Sequence record: OR515477.1
Strand: one strand, 5' to 3'
Source: Escherichia phage Es2
DNA: 64,000 bases
In this document: in pieces, positions 1 through 9,422 of the stretch
Layout of the letters: every line of letters begins with the position of its first letter
Numbering within the stretch: the stretch's first letter is position 1
The notes under the pieces: generated by a model
Told to the model about the DNA's origin: nothing
What the model saw: the letters and a program-made list of their open reading frames with translations, nothing else
Database searches by the model: none
Made by a program: the position numbers and the translations under genes

Positions 1-719
1 CCATCATAGTCCTTAGCAACCAGACCACGACGAGACAGCATAGATTTAACACCGCGCTCAGATTTACCAGTTTTCTCAGCGATCTCAGCAACAGTCATGT
101 TAACCAGATCCAGACCTTCTAACAGATCTTCACGAGTTTTAGCACTTGAAGTTTCCTGTACCGGCATAGCAGCGATACGACCTTCACGAAGCAGGCTCAG
201 AGCTTTACCACGGATCTGTTTGATATTACGACCGAAGTGAGCAGCGATAGCTTCAATAGTAGCACCAGCAACAACCTGATTAACAAAATCAGTTTCTTCA
301 TCCGGAGTGAAGGAACGAACAGCGGCAGCTTTTTCAGTTGGTTTAACAGAAGCGGTCATTTCCAGACTCAGGATCTTACCCTGTACCTGTTTAGCACCGA
401 ACTGACCACCAGCTACAGCAGCAGCGATCTCAGCATAGGTATACTGACCAGCATGAGCGTTCAGGAAATCAACCAGTTCAGCTTCCTGCTCAGGAGTCCA
501 CGGGGATTTCTGTACTTCGTTAGCTTTCTGTACTTCAAAACCTTCTTTACGCAGTTTAGAGCCAACGGAGCGAGCAGTAACATCTTTGCCAGTTTCAGCA
601 GCCAGTTCAGCAGCGATAGCAGCTACTTGTTCTTGAGAGATTACAGCAACACCCAGAGCAGTGGCTTTTGCTTTCAGAGACTCGGTTACACCTTCTACGT
701 TCCAGTTCAGTTTAGACAT
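1..719 (-). CDS. hypothetical protein, partial (C-terminus beyond window edge); three internal repeats, strong codon bias
   Basis: Minus frame open from ATG (plus-strand cat at 717-719) to position 1; translation MSKLNWNVEGVTESLKAKATALGVAV... with three similar segments (AEIAAAV / IEAIAAHFGRNIKQIRGKALSL / VAEIAEKTGKSERGVKSMLSRRGL); the + ORF 237-746 is its Ser-rich antisense. Confidence 0.55.
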   Translation of the reverse strand, partial: MSKLNWNVEGVTESLKAKATALGVAVISQEQVAAIAAELAAETGKDVTARSVGSKLRKEGFEVQKANEVQKSPWTPEQEAELVDFLNAHAGQYTYAEIAAAVAGGQFGAKQVQGKILSLEMTASVKPTEKAAAVRSFTPDEETDFVNQVVAGATIEAIAAHFGRNIKQIRGKALSLLREGRIAAMPVQETSSAKTREDLLEGLDLVNMTVAEIAEKTGKSERGVKSMLSRRGLVAKDYD

Positions 720-1494
720 TATTATTTTTCTCCAATAGTTCTTTAATCGACAGGATTTCTATCCCATTCGTTTCGGCTTTCTTATAAGATGAGGAAGAAC
801 GCTTTGATTCATCCTCACAGATTAGGTATTTGACGTCTTTAGTAACGGATTTCTTAACCGTATACCCTAGACTTTCTAAATAGTTTGTTGCATCCGTTCT
901 ATTTGCAAAATCTTGCAAAGATCCGGTAATACATACCGCGATTCCATTTGGTTGGGCTACTAGACCATCAGTGATGATAACCTCAGCTTTAGCACCCTTA
1001 ATACCATTTGAGAATTTCCACGGTAATTCAATAACATCCTTGCCTTGTGGGGAATTTAGCCAGGCTTTATAGTTTTCTCCAGCTTTGCCGTCAGCCTTCA
1101 CATCACGGAAGCTAGTGCAATTTTGGGATAATTTCTTTGCTGCAACCTCTCCAATTAGGGGGATTCCTAAAGAACCGAGAACTGAACCAAAGTCAATGTC
1201 TCCGCGAACTTTAGTATTTAATTCGCTAATTAACTTAGCGGCAACCTTGCTACCCACGGCTCTAACCAAATCTTCTTCGGTTAGGTAAAATAGTTCTGAA
1301 ATCTTCGTCAGCCCCAGCTTCTCAATAGTTTTTGGGCCAAAACCCTTTAACTTCATTTTTGAACAGAAGTTCTCAATTAACTTACTTGATTGCGCTGGAC
1401 AGTTGGACTTATTCCGACAGAATAATTGTCCGTTGACAAGATCTAGCTTAGAACCACAAGAGGGACATTGTGTTGGAATTTCGATTTTCATCAA
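712..1494 (-). CDS. lig: NAD-dependent DNA ligase, C-terminal module (Zn-finger, HhH, BRCT-like)
   Basis: CPSCGSKL..C..C zinc-finger-like N-terminus, GFGPKTIEKL helix-hairpin-helix, C-terminal BRCT-like region; adjacent to the adenylation module. Confidence 0.75.
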   Translation of the reverse strand: MMKIEIPTQCPSCGSKLDLVNGQLFCRNKSNCPAQSSKLIENFCSKMKLKGFGPKTIEKLGLTKISELFYLTEEDLVRAVGSKVAAKLISELNTKVRGDIDFGSVLGSLGIPLIGEVAAKKLSQNCTSFRDVKADGKAGENYKAWLNSPQGKDVIELPWKFSNGIKGAKAEVIITDGLVAQPNGIAVCITGSLQDFANRTDATNYLESLGYTVKKSVTKDVKYLICEDESKRSSSSYKKAETNGIEILSIKELLEKNNNV

Positions 1495-1521
1495 ATTTCT
1501 TCCTTATCAATTTATATAAAT

Positions 1522-1550
1522 ATTATAGCAAGTATTTAAGCATTTAGCAA
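1522..1550 (-). promoter_or_regulatory. early-type sigma70 promoter (minus strand)
   Basis: Reverse complement reads TTGCTA, 17 bp, TATAAT, then TTTATATAAATTGATAAGG. Confidence 0.6.
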
Positions 1551-1693
1551 CTACAATTTTAATTAACTTTGCTTACCCTCGCCATAACTTTCTATCCCTC
1601 AACTGAATGATAATAGTATATACCTAAGCGGCGAAAATGTCAATAACCACTTTATAATTCCGATATGGTAGATGGGTAGCAAAGGGTTATGTA

Positions 1694-2665
1694 TTAATCG
1701 TATACTCGCTCTACTATGCACGGTATTACACCACCAGCACGAATCACTCGAATCTGGCAACCGATCTCTAGATCAAGAGAGTTAATATAATCAACGTTAT
1801 TAAGAGTCGCTTTAACAATTGTAGCGTCATCAATAATTACCGGTTCGAAATATCCAACAGGAGTTACTTTACCAGAAGCCCCTACCTGCCACTCAACTTT
1901 GAGAAGAGTTGTAATTTCGCCTTCTTCATCTTGTTTAATTGCATAAGCACCGCGAGGATGTTTATTCGTCCAACCTTCTCGGAAGAATTTGTTGTTGTCA
2001 TTAATACGAACAACTTTACCGTCCGTAGGAATCCATTTAAAGAAGGAACGCACATTAACAACTGTTAAGAAGTTCTCATTCTCCAGCCAGAGCATATCTT
2101 TTAAATATGCTTCTGTAACACCTACAGATTCAGCAGAACACTGGATACCATATGCAACGAAGATTAAACCACCCTCCCCGATACGTTGTACGAAATCATC
2201 GCTATCTTTGAGGTTAATAGCACCAGAGGCAAAGTTACGTTTATTTTCTACTTCTTTTGTAATTAGAACTTCGCCAGTGATTTGAGTAGGTACTTTTTGA
2301 GAAATCTTTTTAGGAATGTTCAGCAATCTTACGTTGCTTGTGACATCATTTCCCAGAATACCATTACCACGAGTTAATGCTTGAACAAACTCACCGTTAA
2401 TATATAGCAGAGAAATTGCACAACCATCTAACTTATCAGTTTCTACCTGACCTAACGGGTTAAATGGGGGTTTATCTCCACGATTATAATAAACTTTCTG
2501 TAAAGAATACATACGATACAGATGTGGAATATCACCCTTAGGCCCGATCTCTTCTTCTAGTGGGAAGCGTTTTACTAAGCAATCATATTCTTCATCAGAG
2601 ATTAAAGACATGCCTTGATAGTATGCTTCTTGACAGCGTTTAATAAATTCTTTTACATTAGTCAT
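1694..2665 (-). CDS. lig: NAD-dependent DNA ligase, N-terminal adenylation/OB module
   Basis: KLDG adenylation motif (ETDKLDGCAISLLY), LigA-like domain order; promoter-like sequence in the 199 bp gap to the C-terminal module. Confidence 0.75.
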   Translation of the reverse strand: MTNVKEFIKRCQEAYYQGMSLISDEEYDCLVKRFPLEEEIGPKGDIPHLYRMYSLQKVYYNRGDKPPFNPLGQVETDKLDGCAISLLYINGEFVQALTRGNGILGNDVTSNVRLLNIPKKISQKVPTQITGEVLITKEVENKRNFASGAINLKDSDDFVQRIGEGGLIFVAYGIQCSAESVGVTEAYLKDMLWLENENFLTVVNVRSFFKWIPTDGKVVRINDNNKFFREGWTNKHPRGAYAIKQDEEGEITTLLKVEWQVGASGKVTPVGYFEPVIIDDATIVKATLNNVDYINSLDLEIGCQIRVIRAGGVIPCIVERVYD

Positions 2666-2697
2666 TTATTTGTATCTCTCATTAATTTATATAAATA

Positions 2698-2725
2698 TTA
2701 TATAACAGAACTGAGTTGAAAGCAA
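2698..2725 (-). promoter_or_regulatory. early-type sigma70 promoter (minus strand)
   Basis: Reverse complement TTGCTT, 16 bp, TATAAT; drives the ligase N-terminal module. Confidence 0.6.
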
Positions 2726-2752
2726 ATACATTTATAAAGAAAAAGCCAAGAA

Positions 2753-3061
2753 CTAGGCATTCTTGGCTTTGAGTTCTTCAGCTCGTTTCTGTACTTCATG
2801 TAAAACCTCAGATTCGCTAAGAATCTGTGTAAACGCATAGAAAAGCTGTGATGTTGTTTCTAGAGTGTAAGGAAAAGAGAAGCCAGATTTCGTTGGAAAC
2901 CATTCATCATTAATATCAAGAAGCCAGTAACGAATACCCATGTATAGATTCCCACGAAATTCAGATACTGTTAATCTTACTTGTTCCCCCTCCTTCTCCC
3001 AAAGTATGATGGACTGGTCATCAACGTGTCCTTCATAGTTTTGATTTACCTGTTCGCTCAT
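2753..3061 (-). CDS. hypothetical protein
   Basis: Six-frame ORF, 102 aa, preceded by early-type promoter on minus strand. Confidence 0.5.
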   Translation of the reverse strand: MSEQVNQNYEGHVDDQSIILWEKEGEQVRLTVSEFRGNLYMGIRYWLLDINDEWFPTKSGFSFPYTLETTSQLFYAFTQILSESEVLHEVQKRAEELKAKNA

Positions 3062-3080
3062 TTACATATCCCAAATACAC

Positions 3081-3101
3081 AAAAAGCCCCATATAGGGGC
3101 T
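3081..3101 (-). terminator. rho-independent terminator (minus strand)
   Basis: Reverse complement AGCCCCTATATGGGGCT followed by TTTTT. Confidence 0.55.
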
Positions 3102-3111
3102 AATTGGTTTC

Positions 3112-3408
3112 TTATCGGCCTACTGGAGAAGCACGATCTAACTCTGATTGGAGGCTAGTCACACGACGGACTTTCTCGACAGGAATAAAACGGAAGCTAT
3201 CATTAGTACGAGAGAAGACAAGGATCTCATCATCTTTCGCTTTACGAATACGTTCACGTTTAATACGCTCAGCTAGATATTTATCCTGGGCTGGATCAAA
3301 TTCCATAGTACCCTGAAGGTACGTGGTTCCTTTCTGACGAAGTTTCTCGTAATGAAGATAAAACTCACCAAATTTTTCACATTGTGCAATAATTTCAGCT
3401 TTGGTCAT
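3112..3408 (-). CDS. hypothetical protein
   Basis: Six-frame ORF, 98 aa; followed by minus-strand hairpin terminator. Confidence 0.5.
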   Translation of the reverse strand: MTKAEIIAQCEKFGEFYLHYEKLRQKGTTYLQGTMEFDPAQDKYLAERIKRERIRKAKDDEILVFSRTNDSFRFIPVEKVRRVTSLQSELDRASPVGR

Positions 3409-3444
3409 AACTGTGTTCCTTTTGTTGGTGGATTTATCTAAAAA

Positions 3445-3855
3445 TTACTTAGTGATAGCTCGGATTGCTTCTGCCAGATGAGCAGCCGCTTTACCGGTCA
3501 GTTTGTCGATAATTGCATCATCCAGAAAATCTGGTGCTAGGCCAGCATCAGAGAATGCTGAACGAAGGTCGGCATGAGCTTGGGCTTTAGAAGTACGAGA
3601 GCCACCAGAAGCTTTTTCTCCAGTAGATGCGCTAGATTTAGAAGTAGAACCAGCAGCTTTCTTGATGTACAAACCTGCTTTAGTCAGCTTCATACGAAAA
3701 CCGTTCGGGGTTACACCATTTTCCTGGGCAATTTCGCTAACAATTTCCATGCTAACACCCGGACGTTCATCCTCTGGGAATTGCTCCATACGAGCAACAT
3801 ATTCGGAAGACATTTTTTCGAACAGTTCATCAGTCCACTGAGTTGGAGTAGTCAT
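3445..3855 (-). CDS. hypothetical protein
   Basis: Six-frame ORF, 136 aa, promoter upstream at 3913-3941. Confidence 0.5.
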   Translation of the reverse strand: MTTPTQWTDELFEKMSSEYVARMEQFPEDERPGVSMEIVSEIAQENGVTPNGFRMKLTKAGLYIKKAAGSTSKSSASTGEKASGGSRTSKAQAHADLRSAFSDAGLAPDFLDDAIIDKLTGKAAAHLAEAIRAITK

Positions 3856-3912
3856 ATTTTATATTTCCTTAATTAAGAATTAAACAGAATAGTTCTTTCA
3901 AACTATGAGAAT

Positions 3913-3941
3913 ATTATATCAAGAATTGTAGGATTAAGCAA
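3913..3941 (-). promoter_or_regulatory. early-type sigma70 promoter (minus strand)
   Basis: Reverse complement TTGCTT, 17 bp, TATAAT. Confidence 0.55.
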
Positions 3942-3961
3942 TTGAAATTTTTCGGTAATTG

Positions 3962-4222
3962 CTACACATCTAGCTCAACAATCCCCCAATCATCCGCTAG
4001 AGCTTCGTCTAGGGTTAATTCAACCTCTTCATCACTAGGCAGCAGCGTAGTATCTGGAGGCATCCACACGTATTGACGTACAGTATTGCTGTCTACGTCA
4101 AATTTCAATAGTACAGTATATTCTTTATTATTTTCCCAGCTATCCCGCTGGAGATATTTTACGTCTCCAGCTTTAAGTAAATCAGTTAGTTTACTCACGG
4201 CGTTTTCCTTTTTCTTTATCAA
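3962..4222 (-). CDS. hypothetical acidic protein
   Basis: Six-frame ORF, 86 aa. Confidence 0.45.
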   Translation of the reverse strand: MIKKKENAVSKLTDLLKAGDVKYLQRDSWENNKEYTVLLKFDVDSNTVRQYVWMPPDTTLLPSDEEVELTLDEALADDWGIVELDV

Positions 4223-4895
4223 GTTTCAGGGCAGCCTTAACAGCTTCGTTAATCAACGTAATAACTTCTTCACGAGTCCACTTGTACCCCAGTGATTTTA
4301 CGTCAACTCCTAACTTTTCCAGGTGTTTAACAGAAGCCAGCTCATAATTCATATAATGAACGTTCTGTTGTTTGCCTTCCGATAGAAGCCATACGCGGTA
4401 ACAACCAACAGGGTTATCCATTGCTTTTTTGATTTCACCGATACACTGGTATCCAGGAACCCAGACAAGTTCTCCAACCTCAAATTCTTCTGCTACAGCA
4501 TCATCAGGAATAATTGGTGGATTCAATGGATCTACAATATCATTCAAACGAAGCAGAGCGCCATAGCGCTCCAGAACAGATTTAACCATTGCTACAGAGC
4601 GATAATTACGATCAGCAATCTCCTCAAAGGAATCACCAGATAGATACTGTTCAATAACGTTGGCTAACTCGATGCCTTCAATGAGTGTGCCACGTTTCTT
4701 TTTCTTCATTTCGGCAACTTGAATCTGGCGGTCTTGCCATTCCTCAATCATCCTTTCCATAGTTGGATTGGATGATACGCCGAGCATTTCACATGCTGCT
4801 TTCTTAGTACCACCGTTCTCCAGGTGCTCTATAACCTTTTTAAAGACTTCATCTGGGATTTCATGAATGTGTTTCTTTCTGCGAGAACCAGCCAT
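4191..4895 (-). CDS. putative HTH DNA-binding protein
   Basis: 234 aa; N-terminal HTH-like segment (GGTKKAACEMLGVSSNPTMERMIEEW); sits directly downstream of a PN25-like promoter. Confidence 0.5.
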   Translation of the reverse strand: MAGSRRKKHIHEIPDEVFKKVIEHLENGGTKKAACEMLGVSSNPTMERMIEEWQDRQIQVAEMKKKKRGTLIEGIELANVIEQYLSGDSFEEIADRNYRSVAMVKSVLERYGALLRLNDIVDPLNPPIIPDDAVAEEFEVGELVWVPGYQCIGEIKKAMDNPVGCYRVWLLSEGKQQNVHYMNYELASVKHLEKLGVDVKSLGYKWTREEVITLINEAVKAALKLDKEKGKRRE

Positions 4896-4926
4896 ATTTA
4901 AACTCCTCTCTCAAATTTATGAATCT

Positions 4927-4955
4927 ATTATACAGAAATTTTTTGCACTATGCAA
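4927..4955 (-). promoter_or_regulatory. PN25-like strong early promoter (minus strand)
   Basis: Reverse complement AAAAATTTATTTGCAT...TTTCTGTATAATAGATTCATAAATTTGAGAGAGGAGTTT; the -10 and downstream segment match the classic T5 N25 promoter as recalled. Confidence 0.7.
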
Positions 4956-4963
4956 ATAAATTT

Positions 4964-5206
4964 TTACGATTCCTTGAGCAAAGAAGCAAGTTCAGCATAG
5001 ACTTTATCTAACTCAAAGCCTACGCGAAGAGACACGTTAGTTTTCCGTTGTTTAAGTAACCACTCGGATATGTTAGGGATGCCAGCTAGTCTATGCGGTA
5101 CCACCCTACATAGCTTTTCCGAAGTGTCGTAAACAGGAACTTTACGTTCTTTTACTGGAAACTTCCTTGTTTCCCATTTTTTATTCTTCACTGTCATTTC
5201 TAGCAC
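4964..5206 (-). CDS. hypothetical protein
   Basis: Six-frame ORF, 80 aa. Confidence 0.4.
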   Translation of the reverse strand: MLEMTVKNKKWETRKFPVKERKVPVYDTSEKLCRVVPHRLAGIPNISEWLLKQRKTNVSLRVGFELDKVYAELASLLKES

Positions 5207-7970
5207 CTAGCTCTGCCATTGCTTCATCATGCATATGTTTTTCCTCGTCAGTCATGAATTTATAAGGAATTGGCATACACTCGATTTTACAATAAGTTCT
5301 GTACCAGTCTACGATATTTTCAGTGTTCATATCTTTGCCAATACCCATCATACCAAGATACATTCTGGCATATTTTGGGTTAGCACTCTGACCTGTTTTA
5401 AGGAAGAAATCTTTCTTCTTACCTTTCAGAGCTTCTATGAATGGTTTGATAGTGACATTTGAACACTTCTTAATATCTTCCCAGAACATCTCATGCATCT
5501 TATGGAAGAACGCAGCTCGATCATTAGGTTTATCCTTGATATATTGTTCAACATGCTCAACTGTTACATCTTTAATAGACTCAAGATGATAATAGCGAAC
5601 AAGAAGTAGTTTAGCTTCATACGCATCTGCATGGCGTGGAGCACAATAGTCCGGAGTTGAGTGCAGAATAGCTTTGATTCGCTCTTCTGTATACTCTTTT
5701 CCTGCACCTTCGATAGTTCCCCAGCTTTCACTGAAAATATCAATAGTTGCTCCCTGATCAAGCAAGTAATAGCGTAAAGTACTAGTGTAGTTCCTAGATT
5801 CCAGCTCCCTACGACGTGCGTATAATTGCTGTGCTAACTCCAGCCAACCTTCATCAATGTTATATTGTTCAGAACCTGCTGAGAATCCACTCGTAGATTT
5901 ATCAATAAAATAATAAATGTTCTGAGCGCCACGGTCGCGCCTGATTGCTTGGAAACGCATGTTTGGCGCTTGATTACTGGTTCTAGTAATAACGAATACG
6001 TTATCAAAATAGTTAAAGTCAACGCCACTCGTTACGGATGGACTACATAATAAGCAATCAATTTGTTGATCAATTAGCTCATTAGTTGTGTAATCCAGAA
6101 TACGTCTAATATCTACATCAGACGTAGAATTTGAGTGAATTTCCTTAACTAACGCACCCGTATTACGACGCAGTGCCATACCCTTCTCATTCAGCTCATC
6201 AGGGCCACAGTCAGATACTAGAATAGACTTCTCCCCCATCTCTAGTGATGTTTGGAGTGCAACCCAAATACTAGATTCATCAGGAAACTCATAAGCATGG
6301 GCTTTTGACAGCATCTTACGGTGATGATTATAAAATGCGACCGGTTTATCAAACTCAATTAAAGAACCATATGCTTCAATTGTTTCTGCACTAATGTCCC
6401 CATCAGATAATATAATGATTTTTGCAGTTGCAAGAATATCCCGAAGAACCTGAATACATTCACGACGTTGCTTAACAACCGGGGCGAATAACAGGTCATT
6501 CATTACAGCATCACATTCATCGATAAAGATTGCATCTATTTGACCAATAAAACTCTTGAATTTATGCAAAGAGTGAATAGTTGTGGACATACGGTCAATA
6601 GCACCACGCTTAAAATTAAGCATATCTACAGACTTATCGTATTGTCCTGCACTAAATTTCTTAGCATTTGAGGATACCAGTGCTCGAGTATTGGTAATTG
6701 CTAAGAAATTACCTTTAATAACTCCCGAATCTAACCAACGCACAACCGCCGTAGTTTTACCTGTACCTAGACTTGCTTTTACAAAAGTCATATAGCCTTC
6801 TGGTGGTACAGTATTTAATTTCAAGAAGTTATCAGTCTCTAAAGAGTTAGTTTCTAGCTTTTTAAGTGGAATACCTTTTAAAACATCAGGTATATCACGT
6901 TTAGAATTATTAACAAACGCTTTCAGAGCCTGTTTTCTACCATTATTAAAGTAATCTTGAATATTACGACTATTATCTTTAGTTGCAATATATTCTGATA
7001 AGGCTGGGCGGATTTCTTTTTCTAGCCATGCAAAGTCAACACCATCCTCTAAAGCTCTGTGATAGAGTTTAGGTATGATACGTAGATACACTCCATCCTC
7101 AGCTTCTTCTAGTTCGCTGATAGTTTCCTCTACTTTATCAGAGGCAGCTTTTTTACCCTTAATTTGGTCGAGTAAAGAGTAGAACTCTTCTTTAAACTCA
7201 CCTCTAGTTGTTTCATAGTCAACCAGATTATTGGGTAAATTTACTTTAGAACCCTTAACAAATACCAGACGTGAAGCACCCTCCGCTTTAAACGGATCTA
7301 CTATACCATCAGTAAATAAAGGATCTGCAAAATAATGGAGCTGTACGGAAGAGTAATAAGCTAAGTCGGCAATATCAAAGCCATACTTTTGTCTACTACT
7401 TTCGTTGATAGATGTAAATAAGAATTTGATTTGACCCTGAGTTACTTTAACATTAGATTCTAGTATTAAGTGCATTCGGATACCTGGTTTTAGCCCAGCC
7501 GAAGACGATGCGTGAGCGATAAACCCTGCATCAAGAGGAAACATATCCTCACTAATACTATTTAACATTCTAATAATATGTCGAGCCATGCCAACAAGAT
7601 CAAACTTGTTACAACCACCTGTATCTACAATACCATCCACGTCCATTGCAATTATATGACTTGGATTAGATACATTAAAGTTGCCCTTCTTACGTCGCAC
7701 ATTATTTTTAGGTGCAAGACATCGACCTCGTACCGCAACGATATGAGGGTCAGACGTTAAACGTCTCATAAGAGGAAGCATTTCTACTAGGGTTTGAGGA
7801 TCAACTTCATCAATTACATCAAACTTGAAGGGCATTGAAGCTGGTTTACCTTCAGGATGCTTTGAGGAAAATCTTTTAGCAAAAAGATAGTCTTCTGCTT
7901 TAACTTCTCGCCAAATGCCTGTGGCTAAATCGCGATGAAATCCTGCATGACCTTGTAGGATTGAGAACAC
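5181..7970 (-). CDS. SF2-like helicase/ATPase (Walker A GTGKTT, DECD box)
   Basis: Walker A LGTGKTT and Walker B-like IFIDECDAV; track ORF begins at a TTG (8048) but a GTG about 7 nt after an AGGAG at ~7970 is the better start (position +/-1). Confidence 0.6.
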   Translation of the reverse strand: MFSILQGHAGFHRDLATGIWREVKAEDYLFAKRFSSKHPEGKPASMPFKFDVIDEVDPQTLVEMLPLMRRLTSDPHIVAVRGRCLAPKNNVRRKKGNFNVSNPSHIIAMDVDGIVDTGGCNKFDLVGMARHIIRMLNSISEDMFPLDAGFIAHASSSAGLKPGIRMHLILESNVKVTQGQIKFLFTSINESSRQKYGFDIADLAYYSSVQLHYFADPLFTDGIVDPFKAEGASRLVFVKGSKVNLPNNLVDYETTRGEFKEEFYSLLDQIKGKKAASDKVEETISELEEAEDGVYLRIIPKLYHRALEDGVDFAWLEKEIRPALSEYIATKDNSRNIQDYFNNGRKQALKAFVNNSKRDIPDVLKGIPLKKLETNSLETDNFLKLNTVPPEGYMTFVKASLGTGKTTAVVRWLDSGVIKGNFLAITNTRALVSSNAKKFSAGQYDKSVDMLNFKRGAIDRMSTTIHSLHKFKSFIGQIDAIFIDECDAVMNDLLFAPVVKQRRECIQVLRDILATAKIIILSDGDISAETIEAYGSLIEFDKPVAFYNHHRKMLSKAHAYEFPDESSIWVALQTSLEMGEKSILVSDCGPDELNEKGMALRRNTGALVKEIHSNSTSDVDIRRILDYTTNELIDQQIDCLLCSPSVTSGVDFNYFDNVFVITRTSNQAPNMRFQAIRRDRGAQNIYYFIDKSTSGFSAGSEQYNIDEGWLELAQQLYARRRELESRNYTSTLRYYLLDQGATIDIFSESWGTIEGAGKEYTEERIKAILHSTPDYCAPRHADAYEAKLLLVRYYHLESIKDVTVEHVEQYIKDKPNDRAAFFHKMHEMFWEDIKKCSNVTIKPFIEALKGKKKDFFLKTGQSANPKYARMYLGMMGIGKDMNTENIVDWYRTYCKIECMPIPYKFMTDEEKHMHDEAMAELGARNDSEE

Positions 7971-8469
7971 AACAATACTCCTGTGTTGGAAATAAAATAA
8001 GTTTTCTTTAGGACTATTCAGAAAGAATAGAACAACTGTTACTGTCAATTTCTCAACAAATTAATCGCAAATACTGAAGGGGGGTGGCAACTTCCCCTTT
8101 CACGCTACACTGCCGCTTCACTATACCGCACAAATCCTTGAGGATGGCCGCTAAGCCAGATTTGCTCACCTAATGCTTCATGTACTAGCTCATACTAGGT
8201 GCAGTATACCTTACGTCATCACTTCTCAGAGTTTTTCACTCTTCCCGTCTCACTTCACAACCACCTCACACTAGGTTGCTTCGAGGCCTTACCAGGGTTC
8301 CTACGGGATGTAGATCGCTAAGTATTCTATTAACTATTTGTTTAAAAACTAACACGTAACAGTTAAAACAACCCTTAATGGGGCAGCCTAACTGTTCCGT
8401 ATCGCGGATTGTAAACAAGAAAAATTAGTAAAATCAATTTTTACTAATGTCTCTCAATTCAATATAAAT

Positions 8470-8498
8470 ATTATATCAAGATTTTGGGCATCCTGCAA
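8470..8498 (-). promoter_or_regulatory. early-type sigma70 promoter (minus strand) upstream of helicase leader
   Basis: Reverse complement TTGCAG, 17 bp, TATAAT, then TTTATATTGAATTGAGAG. Confidence 0.55.
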
Positions 8499-8589
8499 GT
8501 AAAATTTTCCAGATGGTGCTATCATTGGTCTTGGGTACGGATAAAACCGAGCCAAAATGACTCGGTAATCGGGGTTCAGCTAATAAAAA

Positions 8590-8982
8590 TCATTCATCAT
8601 TTAATCCCGGAACATAGATCCCAACACGGCTTAATTGTTCTTTAGCTTCTGCGAGAATATCTGGAGTGTACTCCCAAATATCATCTTCCACCCGTAAAAG
8701 ATGGGGTGAACAACCATCATCCGGCACACGACATATGGCCAGACCACGTGGATGGAACAAAGAGAAATTTAGGGCAACAATCAAGCCCATAGCAGACAAT
8801 TCATTCCAATCCAATTCCCGTTCCCCGGCATATCCAGACAGGAAAACACCAATGCAGGGGTCATCTATTTGCTGCTCCGGAAAAGTGAAGGAGGCTTGTC
8901 TTACCCCCAACCAACGTTGTAGTAGCTTCTCCGCACGTCTCACCAAACTAGGGTCAATCTGACGCCAATATACTTGTTCCAT
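8590..8982 (-). CDS. hypothetical protein, paralog of 8992-9420
   Basis: Shares PCIG, W.EL..MGL..ALN..LF.P and G..VPGL blocks with the adjacent ORF. Confidence 0.55.
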   Translation of the reverse strand: MEQVYWRQIDPSLVRRAEKLLQRWLGVRQASFTFPEQQIDDPCIGVFLSGYAGERELDWNELSAMGLIVALNFSLFHPRGLAICRVPDDGCSPHLLRVEDDIWEYTPDILAEAKEQLSRVGIYVPGLNDE

Positions 8983-8991
8983 TCTGCCTCC

Positions 8992-9420
8992 TTAAGCAGT
9001 TAAACCTGGGATCATATACCCGAAACGTCGAAGTTTCTGAATCCCCTCATTTACTTCTTCCGGTGAGTAAGACCAACCATAACGTTCATTAACCTGAAAA
9101 CCAGGAGATTCACTAGTCTTATAGTTAACAACGAGGCGATGCTTAGCAGGCATAAACAGCTTATAGTTTAACGCAAAAACTAAGCCCATTTCATCTAGCT
9201 CTTTCCAGCCCACAATCTCTTCAAGACCATCCTCTACCTGCACAATTAAACCAATACATGGGGCCTCATCAATATCATCTTTAAAAGCAAAGGAGATTTC
9301 GTTATTCTCACACCATATTTTCAAAAAGTTAATAGCCTCATTATACAGGCTAGCCGGGAGAGTACGCCAAAAGTTAACCAAAATTGGGTTAGCTTCTTTA
9401 GAGAATACATTATTGAACAT
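8992..9420 (-). CDS. hypothetical protein, paralog of 8590-8982
   Basis: Tandem paralog; same conserved blocks. Confidence 0.55.
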   Translation of the reverse strand: MFNNVFSKEANPILVNFWRTLPASLYNEAINFLKIWCENNEISFAFKDDIDEAPCIGLIVQVEDGLEEIVGWKELDEMGLVFALNYKLFMPAKHRLVVNYKTSESPGFQVNERYGWSYSPEEVNEGIQKLRRFGYMIPGLTA

Positions 9421-9422
9421 AC

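Noticed and set aside
237-746. Plus-strand 169-aa ORF from the six-frame track
   Set aside because: Ser/Phe-rich low-complexity translation; it is the antisense of a strongly codon-biased minus-strand gene (1-719) with a proper ATG.
5229-6795. Short ORFs inside the helicase gene (5229-5462 +, 5564-5761 -, 5834-6028 -, 6583-6795 +)
   Set aside because: Fully nested within or antisense to the 929-aa helicase reading frame, which carries Walker motifs; no independent signals.
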